A stretch of 56,058 nt of DNA from positions 1 to 56,058 of the IMG/VR virus record IMGVR_UViG_3300030102_004176. One strand, given 5' to 3'. The notes under the pieces are model-generated. The model worked only from the letters and a program-made list of their open reading frames with translations. It was not told the origin of the DNA and did not search any database. The first letter of the stretch is position 1; the number at the start of each line of letters is the position of its first letter. Of this stretch, positions 20,096 to 26,946 are shown piece after piece. The translations under genes and the position numbers were made by a program. The stretch is from a virus. Taxonomy: Duplodnaviria; Caudoviricetes.

Positions 20096-20562
20096 TGAAT
20101 CCATCACCACTTTTAATGCGAAAAATGGGTTTGAGGTTTGCAAGAAGTATTTTATCGTTTGATAAGTTAGAGTCAGAGGAGAAACTATGGCGATCTGTTG
20201 TAATAAATGCAATTGAAGATTGTATGATAGATCATAGTGACAGAAAACCATCATTAATTAAAATAGAAGCTCATAATTGGATAGTATCTAGAACAAAAGA
20301 TTTTGATTTAGTTTGCGCATGGGGCAGATTAGATCCTGATGATATTGAAGAATGTTATGTTAAAGCTTTAAAAAATTTACATATGCGTTTTACTCTTAGA
20401 CAATTAAAATGGTTTGATTATGACAAAATTTATAAAGAAATGTTAACGTCATCTCCACCTAAAAAAAAGAAATTAAGAAAAGACTTAAATGATTTGCGAG
20501 AAGTCGTAAAGAACACACCCACTACTTATATAAGTACAATTTTTGTTTCAGCACTTGTATAG
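20095..20562 (+). CDS. conserved hypothetical protein
   Basis: TAATG coupling; EEKLWRSVVINAIED...W...DFDLVC motif. Confidence 0.7.
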   Translation: MNPSPLLMRKMGLRFARSILSFDKLESEEKLWRSVVINAIEDCMIDHSDRKPSLIKIEAHNWIVSRTKDFDLVCAWGRLDPDDIEECYVKALKNLHMRFTLRQLKWFDYDKIYKEMLTSSPPKKKKLRKDLNDLREVVKNTPTTYISTIFVSALV

Positions 20563-20767
20563 TATTCATTTTTTTACAATTCCTTATATGTGTCAATATC
20601 ATAGCTGCAGATAAAAATAACATAGGGAAATGACCTCCCAATATTGACCAAGCAACCCAAAATATTTGAGAGAAAAAACCAAAAAGCGGTGCGTACCAAG
20701 ATTGATTGCCATAAATATAAATTGATATAACGGCAGTTACAGCGCAAAAAACTTCTAAATAAAACAT
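20522..20767 (-). CDS. small multi-pass membrane protein
   Basis: About three hydrophobic helices; SD GAGGT 10 nt upstream; leftward TTGACA promoter. Confidence 0.65.
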   Translation of the reverse strand: MFYLEVFCAVTAVISIYIYGNQSWYAPLFGFFSQIFWVAWSILGGHFPMLFLSAAMILTHIRNCKKMNTIQVLKQKLYLYK

Positions 20768-20777
20768 TGTTTATGAT

Positions 20778-20831
20778 ACCTCAAGCTAGCGGAAAGGCAA
20801 ATAGGTGTTAACAATTTGGCTAACTTGAGGT
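20778..20831 (-). ncRNA. candidate regulatory hairpin RNA (5' leader or antisense sRNA)
   Basis: 13-bp stem ACCUCAAGUUAGC/GCUAGCUUGAGGU is fully paired only on the minus strand (U-G wobble). Inner CAAAU/AUUUG stem and a CCUUUCC bulge. Confidence 0.55.
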
Positions 20832-20844
20832 TTGTGACAAGTTT

Positions 20845-20875
20845 ATTGTATAATTCATACTACAAAAAATGTCAA
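20845..20875 (-). promoter_or_regulatory. leftward sigma70-like promoter
   Basis: TTGACA(20875-20870)-17-TATACA, with an alternative TACAAT at 19 nt. Confidence 0.5.
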
Positions 20876-20906
20876 CAATTATTATTTTTTATTTTCCCAG
20901 TTTTTT

Positions 20907-21162
20907 ATAATGTCACTCCTTACAAACTTTTTTTTAAAAAAGTTCAAAACATAGACAAAAAACTAGGAAACTAGGAAAAATAGCAGAAAACAAGGAAATA
21001 TTAGAAAAAAAACTAGGAAAAAACTAGGAATTTTTTCCAAAAACTAGGAAAAATATCAATATATATTACTAAATTTAGTATTTTAATTCCAAAAAGTAGA
21101 AATCCTTATGGACAAAAAATAGAAACTTTTTTTAAAAAAAACTTTGTATATAAAGACATTAT
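20907..21162. repeat. AACTAGGAA direct-repeat array between ~40-bp imperfect inverted repeats (candidate origin or pac site)
   Basis: Exact AACTAGGAA at 20961, 20969, 21011, 21022, 21042; palindrome TACTAAATTTAGTA at 21067-21080; arms at 20907-20945 and 21122-21162. Confidence 0.75.
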
Positions 21163-21691
21163 GGTAAAAATAGGTATGCCACAAAGAAAAAGAGAAGTAA
21201 GAACTATTGATGATTTGACTGATAAACAAAGAAAGTTTATTGACATACTTGTAGATAACTGGGGTTCAATATCTAAAACAGATGCGTATTTGAAAGCTGG
21301 ATATGAAACAAAAGGTAGTAAGATAGATAAAGGAAGTGTTGCAGCCATTGCAAGCAAACTTACAAATCCAAAAATAAATCCTCATATTTGTAGATATCTT
21401 GAGATTAGGTTGCAACAGGAACAAGAGAAGTATGAAAAAGATAAACTTAGAAGATATAAAATATTTGAAAGATTAAGAAATGGTGCAGAAACTAAAGGTC
21501 AATATACTGGGGCTATAAATGCAGAGTTTAGAGCCGGACAATTGGCAGGACAATTTGTTGACAAAAAAGAAATAGCGCACACTACTTTAGAGGGTATGAG
21601 TAGAGATAAATTAGAAGAACGTTTAAAAGAGTTAGAAAATAAAATTAAAGACGCTGATAATATTATTGATGTGACACCAGAAGGTAAGTGA
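21161..21691 (+). CDS. terS: terminase small subunit
   Basis: LTDKQRKF...AYLKAGY...ASKL..P.I HTH-type signature; AINAE...GQ..G.FVDKKEI. Confidence 0.8.
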   Translation: MVKIGMPQRKREVRTIDDLTDKQRKFIDILVDNWGSISKTDAYLKAGYETKGSKIDKGSVAAIASKLTNPKINPHICRYLEIRLQQEQEKYEKDKLRRYKIFERLRNGAETKGQYTGAINAEFRAGQLAGQFVDKKEIAHTTLEGMSRDKLEERLKELENKIKDADNIIDVTPEGK

Positions 21692-22077
21692 TGAGAGAGT
21701 CCCAAATATGGAGACTTATTAACACGATTCAAAAGCCTTACCGAGATTGGCATTTAATAAGAATCGAATCCAGTACAATCAACGGAATCCCTGATGTTAA
21801 CGCTTGTATAGGTGGTAATGAGTTTTGGTTTGAATTAAAATCAAATGATGACAAGAATTATGGTATATCAAAGTATCAAATTAATTGGATCATCAAGAGA
21901 CAACGAGCTGGTGGCAAAGCTTTTATCTTGCATAACTCCCCCTTGAAGAGAGAGTTCAAAATTCTCGAGATCCGTGATTCTGGTCTCCCGTTTCCCGTTT
22001 CCCGTTTCCCGTACACTAAACCCGCTACCATTTTACCATCGATCATGATGGAGCTGGCCCTGCGCGCTGCAGCGTAA
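21688..22077 (+). CDS. VRR-NUC / Holliday-junction-resolvase-like nuclease
   Basis: ESQIW, RIES..NGIPDV, FWFELK, QINW...GG.AFIL. The C-terminus runs through the TTTCCCG repeat. Confidence 0.8.
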   Translation: MMRESQIWRLINTIQKPYRDWHLIRIESSTINGIPDVNACIGGNEFWFELKSNDDKNYGISKYQINWIIKRQRAGGKAFILHNSPLKREFKILEIRDSGLPFPVSRFPYTKPATILPSIMMELALRAAA

Positions 22078-22169
22078 ATTTGGTTTCCCGTTTCCCGTAC
22101 GAAGTCGCAGTTTTCTAGGACTTTTTCATTCCATTGGAGCTGGCCCTGCGCGCAGCGGGGAAGGTTCTG
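21981..22169 (+). repeat. tandem duplication of (TTTCCCG)n plus a GC-rich box
   Basis: TTTCCCG x3 at 21991-22011 and x2 at 22084-22097; TGGAGCTGGCCCTGCGCGC at 22049 and 22135. Confidence 0.9.
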
Positions 22170-22222
22170 TTCCCTGTAAAAGCACCCAGTTCCTTAATTT
22201 TCTTCACGCTGTAAAAAACTTG

Positions 22223-22290
22223 TTGACAGCGTTTGATCCCTGGTATATATATAAGCTGTTAACAATTTGTATATTAACCTTAATATAGGA
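22223..22290 (+). promoter_or_regulatory. early promoter 1 with conserved 33-nt leader
   Basis: TTGACA-17-TATATA, then GTTAACAATTTGTATATTAACCTTAATATAGGA (22258-22290), identical to 23223-23255. Confidence 0.8.
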
Positions 22291-22298
22291 AAAACTTT

Positions 22299-22469
22299 AT
22301 GTCCGAAAATTTATGCAGCTGCTGCAAGCAGTCAATAGAAAAAAATGCCAAAGATCAATTCTGGACCTTGGGACAAGAGGGCTGGCCATTGTTCAAAGGC
22401 AATATATGTGATGTGTGTCATGAAGAATGGCAGGCAGATATAATTAAAGCTAGGATGGTGCAAGCATGA
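22299..22469 (+). CDS. small Cys-rich (putative Zn-binding) early protein, 56 aa (not in ORF track)
   Basis: MSENLCSCCKQSIEK...ICDVCHEEW...; first gene after leader 1; ATGA coupling to the next gene. Confidence 0.75.
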   Translation: MSENLCSCCKQSIEKNAKDQFWTLGQEGWPLFKGNICDVCHEEWQADIIKARMVQA

Positions 22470-22702
22470 GTAAAAAAGACGAAAAACAGATTGATTGGGT
22501 TATGAGTGAAGTTAGTAAAATAATAAATCAAGCCCATGAAAAAAAATATGATTGTGTAAATGTGTGGCAAGGTCTTAACCAAACTGCAATTGAATATGGT
22601 TTTGATTGCGCTCCTACAAACACGAATGCAACTATGTTTACTCTCTTGAAATTAGTAGACAAACTTAAACATTTAGAAGAGGAAAGGTTAAAACATGACT
22701 GA
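22466..22702 (+). CDS. hypothetical early protein
   Basis: Coupled ORF with FDCAP motif. Confidence 0.7.
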   Translation: MSKKDEKQIDWVMSEVSKIINQAHEKKYDCVNVWQGLNQTAIEYGFDCAPTNTNATMFTLLKLVDKLKHLEEERLKHD

Positions 22703-22982
22703 TAACACTTACAACGGATGGACCAACTACGAAACATGGCGCGTGAAGCTTGAGATGATTGACAACTTTGCTAGTGTCGAGCACTTAGCTCCAGAATTTG
22801 ATCGTCGAGACTTAAAGGAGTATTGCACTGAGTTACTGGATGAAGAGTTTAGGACTCTAGAGCATATGCCTGTCCAGCGATTCGGTCGTGACTATGCGTA
22901 TGCGTTCTTGGATGCTGTCAACTGGGCAGAGATAGAACGTGCTTTAGTTCGTGATTACGAGGAGGACCAGCGGACCGCATGA
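22695..22982 (+). CDS. conserved phage early protein
   Basis: YNGWTNYETW...VNWAEI signature common in phage hypotheticals. Confidence 0.8.
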   Translation: MTDNTYNGWTNYETWRVKLEMIDNFASVEHLAPEFDRRDLKEYCTELLDEEFRTLEHMPVQRFGRDYAYAFLDAVNWAEIERALVRDYEEDQRTA

Positions 22983-23083
22983 TGGCGTTCATACTTACTA
23001 TAATAATAATGGCAATATTTTTTCCACGGCTGAGCGCTTTCTTAGCCGTGGTCATTGCCTGTATAGTTTTTTCATTTTTATAA
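22979..23083 (+). CDS. possible 34-aa hydrophobic membrane peptide
   Basis: MMAFILTIIIMAIFFPRLSAFLAVVIACIVFSFL; GAGGAGG upstream; ATGA coupling. Confidence 0.5.
   Translation: MMAFILTIIIMAIFFPRLSAFLAVVIACIVFSFL
23024..23051 (+). terminator. 11-bp hairpin closing early cassette 1
   Basis: CCACGGCTGAG-cgcttt-CTTAGCCGTGG followed by TCATT; the T-tract is weak. Confidence 0.45.
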
Positions 23084-23086
23084 CGT

Positions 23087-23169
23087 TTTCCCGTTTCCCG
23101 TTTGTGGAGGCTGCTCTTTCTTTTTTTCTCGTTCATTCGGTCTGCCAGGCGCAGCGGGGGAAGTTTCTG
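23087..23169 (+). repeat. (TTTCCCG)2 plus GC box, cassette 2 copy
   Basis: TTTCCCG x2 at 23087-23100; GCGCAGCGGGGGAAGTTTCTG resembles GCGCAGCGGGGAAGGTTCTG at 22150. Confidence 0.85.
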
Positions 23170-23188
23170 GAGCGTGAATATTTTTTTC

Positions 23189-23255
23189 TTGACTATGATT
23201 TTTTTGGTTCTATAATAGAGGAGTTAACAATTTGTATATTAACCTTAATATAGGA
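23189..23255 (+). promoter_or_regulatory. early promoter 2 with conserved 33-nt leader
   Basis: TTGACT-16-TATAAT followed by the exact 33-nt leader copy. Confidence 0.8.
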
Positions 23256-23262
23256 GACAAAA

Positions 23263-23838
23263 ATGGGTTTCGATTTATACGGACTTAATCCAAAATTAAA
23301 AGGCGTTCAACCTAGTATTGATTGGGCTACTGCTACTGATGAAGACAAAGACAAATATGTGAAAGCAAAAAATGTTTTTGAAGAAGAAAATCCTGGACAT
23401 TACTTTGGTAATAATGTTTGGTGGTGGAGACCATTAGCATATTTAATAGAAGATAAATGTAAAGATTTTTTAACTGACGAGCAAAGAAAAAGTTTACATT
23501 ATAATGACGGCAAAAAATATTCGGATAAGATTGCAGTTAAAATTGCAAACAGATTGCAGGAAGTCTTGGATAGTGGCGAGTTGCTTAAGTTAAAAGAAGA
23601 ACACGATGCAGAAATGCAGAAAGCCAAAGAACATAACGATATTATAGAAAGTAAAATGAAAGCAATAGTTGATGCTCACAACGGAGTTGCTCCAAAAGAT
23701 TTACCAAAAGAAGAATTTACAAATTGGCGTGAGCTTCAAAAACAAAAAAATTGGGCTGACTCTTATCCGTTTGATATCGACAACGTGAAGGAGTTTATAT
23801 TATTTGCTCGTTGTAGTGGAGGGTTTTCTATATGTTAA
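23263..23838 (+). CDS. conserved phage early protein
   Basis: MGFDLYG...YFGNNVWWWRPL...YPFDIDNVKEF..F...SGGFSIC; RBS AGGAGA. Confidence 0.8.
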   Translation: MGFDLYGLNPKLKGVQPSIDWATATDEDKDKYVKAKNVFEEENPGHYFGNNVWWWRPLAYLIEDKCKDFLTDEQRKSLHYNDGKKYSDKIAVKIANRLQEVLDSGELLKLKEEHDAEMQKAKEHNDIIESKMKAIVDAHNGVAPKDLPKEEFTNWRELQKQKNWADSYPFDIDNVKEFILFARCSGGFSIC

Positions 23839-24137
23839 AAGAACCAAAGGAAAATATAGCATTAACTTGTTCTGATTGTGGTTTAGAACAATATTTTAAA
23901 ATTAAAGAAATGGAGAAACAACTCAAAGAATTTGTTTACTGTATGTTTGAGGTTGACCACGAACACAAACACATTAATACTGAAAGAATGTGGGTTAAGA
24001 TTGAGTTTGGCGACCAAAAAAATGGAACAGGTTATTTGAGCAACCAACCTCAATTCATTTCTAATTTAAAAGAGGGTGATAGATGTTCTTTCTATACGAC
24101 GAAAGAAGGGATAACTAGAGCCGAGTTACAACAATGA
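23832..24137 (+). CDS. hypothetical protein
   Basis: Coupled ORF with CSDC and ERMWVKI motifs. Confidence 0.7.
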   Translation: MLKEPKENIALTCSDCGLEQYFKIKEMEKQLKEFVYCMFEVDHEHKHINTERMWVKIEFGDQKNGTGYLSNQPQFISNLKEGDRCSFYTTKEGITRAELQQ

Positions 24138-24205
24138 TGAGTTCCTTTCTTGAACTGCTAGGTGTATTCCTAGCAGTTCTCATTTTCTTTTTGCTAATCA
24201 GATAA
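24134..24205 (+). CDS. possible 23-aa hydrophobic peptide
   Basis: MMSSFLELLGVFLAVLIFFLLIR; ATGA coupling; overlaps the terminator hairpin. Confidence 0.4.
   Translation: MMSSFLELLGVFLAVLIFFLLIR
24152..24192 (+). terminator. rho-independent terminator closing cassette 2
   Basis: Perfect stem GAACTGCTAGG-tgtatt-CCTAGCAGTTC followed by TCATTTTCTTTTT. Confidence 0.65.
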
Positions 24206-24210
24206 ATATA

Positions 24211-24295
24211 TTTCCCGTATCCCGTTTGCCGTTCCGTTTGCCGTTTGCTGGTTTTCATCAACCAGCAGCGGTGGGCGCGCCTGGCGAAAACTTCT
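24211..24295 (+). repeat. degenerate TTTCCCG/TTTGCCG run plus GC box, cassette 3 copy
   Basis: TTTCCCG TATCCCG TTTGCCG TTCCG TTTGCCG, then GCAGCGGTGGGCGCGCCTGG. Confidence 0.75.
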
Positions 24296-24300
24296 ACCAG

Positions 24301-24404
24301 TAAAAAAATATCAAAAAAATAAAATTAAAAAAAATAAAAAAGTGTTTGGTGATACTATAAAAGTATGGTCTAATATATATGTGTTAACAATTAAACAAGA
24401 AAGG
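24301..24404 (+). promoter_or_regulatory. early promoter 3 region: A-tracts, GTGTTAACAATT leader, GAAAGG RBS
   Basis: Repeated A-tracts at 24301-24341; leader core at 24381-24392; -35 is poorly matched. Confidence 0.55.
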
Positions 24405-24412
24405 TAGTAATT

Positions 24413-24817
24413 ATGACACAATTAAAACTAAAAACTACTTACTTAACTAAGTTCAAGGAAGAATTTATTGTTAAGTATGGTGAACTAAAACAAGAAGTTT
24501 TAGATAAACAAAAAGTACTAAGTAATATGAAGTCTATGGTTTTAGAAGTATTTGATGATTTAAATACTTCTATGATTGAGATTACTAAATTACCTAAATA
24601 TAAAGGCACTACAATTTCTAAAATTACTAGAGAAAGTAGTTATGCAGTTAAGGGTGATGGCACTAAACTTCTTGATGCAAACAAACAACCTATTTTAATT
24701 TCTGGTAGAATAGACACTAAGAAGTTAAAAGAAAAGTATCCTAATGTTTATGCAGATTGTTTAAAGGCAGTTAAGTCTGTTGAAATAAAGTATGACATTA
24801 AGAAAGTTGGTAAATAA
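24413..24817 (+). CDS. hypothetical early protein
   Basis: RBS GAAAGG; RIDTKKLKEKYPNVY motif. Confidence 0.75.
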   Translation: MTQLKLKTTYLTKFKEEFIVKYGELKQEVLDKQKVLSNMKSMVLEVFDDLNTSMIEITKLPKYKGTTISKITRESSYAVKGDGTKLLDANKQPILISGRIDTKKLKEKYPNVYADCLKAVKSVEIKYDIKKVGK

Positions 24818-25074
24818 TGCCAAACTTATTAGATACTATTATTAATACTAATCTCACTACTATCAATGATAGTAGTGAGGTTGATCAACAACGAACTCAA
24901 ACTAATATCAACGACAATCCAACTCATCATTTAAACAATGCTCTCGTTGCAAAGATATTAGAGGATATAATCGTTGTTCATTGTAATAAATACCAACATA
25001 CTGATCAAGCTAAAGAATTATGGTCTGAGGTTGAACAAGCTATTGCTCAAGTTCGTATCCATATAGTGAGGTAA
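24817..25074 (+). CDS. hypothetical early protein
   Basis: TAATG coupling; followed by a terminator. Confidence 0.7.
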   Translation: MPNLLDTIINTNLTTINDSSEVDQQRTQTNINDNPTHHLNNALVAKILEDIIVVHCNKYQHTDQAKELWSEVEQAIAQVRIHIVR

Positions 25075-25092
25075 GTATTAATTATAATCAAG

Positions 25093-25125
25093 AAAAGGGA
25101 TTAGATATCTAATCCCTTTTTTTTT
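25093..25125 (+). terminator. rho-independent terminator, possibly bidirectional
   Basis: Perfect 28-bp palindrome AAAAGGGATTAGATATCTAATCCCTTTT followed by more T's. Confidence 0.85.
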
Positions 25126-25198
25126 GTCTACTACAATTCCCCAAATAACAACCTAATTAATAAAGTATTAGACTTCATTAAATTATTTTATGCTTATC

Positions 25199-25221
25199 TA
25201 CGGCTCTTAAAATCGGTCGTT
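25199..25221 (-). repeat. 23-bp element, inverted copy of 6627-6649
   Basis: TACGGCTCTTAAAATCGGTCGTT. Confidence 0.85.
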
Positions 25222-25434
25222 ATTAAATAAAACAATACAATTCCCACATAAAAACTAGGTTACGCAAACAGGTTACCTGTTTTTCATCTAGCGTTTCCGA
25301 GCGCGCGCGATCGCGGAAAAGAGACTCTGAATCCTATCCAAACACAAGATCTAGTATGTTTTTGTATTCCCACCTACAAGATATAGGTTCTTGCGACAAC
25401 GACAGCCTACGGCAAGATCAATACATACATATGT

Positions 25435-25463
25435 TTGCATTTTCTTATGACCTAGATTATAGT
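25435..25463 (+). promoter_or_regulatory. sigma70-like promoter for terL
   Basis: TTGCAT-17-TATAGT, 7 nt before ATG 25471; no SD. Confidence 0.55.
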
Positions 25464-25470
25464 GTTTTGT

Positions 25471-26946
25471 ATGTCAATTAACAATTTGACCACAGACAAA
25501 TTGAGGCTCGAAGTAGAGAGACTCTTGATAAAAAACATTAAACTGTGCCAAGATAATTTTTTATATTTTGTAAAAGAGATGTGGCCTGATTTTATATATC
25601 GTAAAACCAAACTAAGGGATAACTGGGGTCATCATCAAATCATAGCAAATGAATTTACTAAAGTAGCTTCAGATAAAAAAGGGAGGCTCATAATAAATAT
25701 GCCTCCTAGACACACTAAATCAGAATTTGCTTCAATTTATTTTCCGGCATGGATGATAGGGAAGTTTCCTAAAATGAAAATTATGCAAGTATCACATAAC
25801 ACAGAACTTGCAGTACGATTTGGTTCTAAGGTTCGAAACATTGTTGGTTCATCTGAGTATAAACAAATCTTTGGTGACGTCAGATTGCGAGAAGATTCAA
25901 AAGCCAAAGGTAGATGGGAGACTAATCAAGGGGGTGAATATTACGCAGCTGGCGTCGGGGCGTCCATCACGGGTCGTGGTGCGGACTTACTGATTATTGA
26001 TGATCCACACACGGAACAAGATTCTTTATCTGACATGGCGATGGAACGTGCTTATGAATGGTATGCTTCAGGTCCAAGACAGCGTTTACAACCTGGAGGT
26101 TCAATTTTATTAGTAATGACGAGATGGGCAGAAGATGATTTAACCGGTCGTTTATTGAAGGCTCAAACTGAACCGAAAGCAGATTCTTGGCGTCAAATTT
26201 CATTCCCAGCGATCCTCGGTTCAGGGAACCCAGTCTGGCCTGAGTACTGGAACTTAGAAGAATTAGAAAAGATCAAAGCATCATTACCGATACGAAACTG
26301 GTCTGCTCAGTATATGCAGAATCCAACCAGTGAGGAAGGTGCAATTTTAAAACGAGAATGGTGGCGACCTTGGAAAGGACCCATACCGAATTTGATGCAT
26401 GTCATACAAAGTTATGATACAGCGTTCAGTAAGAGAGAGACAGCTGACTATTCAGCCATAACAACTTGGGGTGTATTTTTTCCAGAAGAAGGTGGGGGAC
26501 CCAATATAATTTTACTTGATGCTTTACGGGGTAAGTATGATTTTCCAGAATTAAAAGCAGTCGCTTTAGATGCACATAAGTATTGGGAACCCGAAAGTAT
26601 TATTATTGAACAGAAAGCTAGTGGTGAACCTTTGACTCAAGAGTTTAGAAGAATGGGTATACCGGTCATACCATTTGTTCCAAGTAAGGGTAATGACAAA
26701 CATACACGTGTTAATGCGACCTCTCCTATTTTTGAAAGTGGTGCTGTATGGTATCCGTATGGTGAGCATTTTGCAGAAGAAGTGATAGAGGAGTGTGCTG
26801 CATTTCCAAATGGTGCAAATGACGATTATGTTGACTCAACGACTCAAGCCCTACTAAGGTATCGCCAAGGCAACTTTGTTGAGTTATACTCAGATTATAT
26901 AGATAACGAGGATAGACCTCCTAAGGAATATAGATATTATGGATGA
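25471..26946 (+). CDS. terL: terminase large subunit
   Basis: MPPRHTKS (Walker A), LLIIDDP (Walker B), MTRW, SYDTA and DDYVD nuclease motifs. Confidence 0.95.
   Translation: MSINNLTTDKLRLEVERLLIKNIKLCQDNFLYFVKEMWPDFIYRKTKLRDNWGHHQIIANEFTKVASDKKGRLIINMPPRHTKSEFASIYFPAWMIGKFPKMKIMQVSHNTELAVRFGSKVRNIVGSSEYKQIFGDVRLREDSKAKGRWETNQGGEYYAAGVGASITGRGADLLIIDDPHTEQDSLSDMAMERAYEWYASGPRQRLQPGGSILLVMTRWAEDDLTGRLLKAQTEPKADSWRQISFPAILGSGNPVWPEYWNLEELEKIKASLPIRNWSAQYMQNPTSEEGAILKREWWRPWKGPIPNLMHVIQSYDTAFSKRETADYSAITTWGVFFPEEGGGPNIILLDALRGKYDFPELKAVALDAHKYWEPESIIIEQKASGEPLTQEFRRMGIPVIPFVPSKGNDKHTRVNATSPIFESGAVWYPYGEHFAEEVIEECAAFPNGANDDYVDSTTQALLRYRQGNFVELYSDYIDNEDRPPKEYRYYG

Noticed and set aside
20961-21050. 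AACTAGGAA repeats as a CRISPR array
   Set aside because: The repeats are only 9 bp, irregularly spaced, with no spacers or cas genes.
22951-23253. 100-aa ORF from the track
   Set aside because: It runs across the hairpin, repeats and promoter; the 22979 peptide plus regulatory DNA explains the region better.
22258-23255. 33-bp direct repeat as a mini-CRISPR or att site
   Set aside because: There are two copies 965 bp apart, each between a promoter and a start codon, and no integrase is present.
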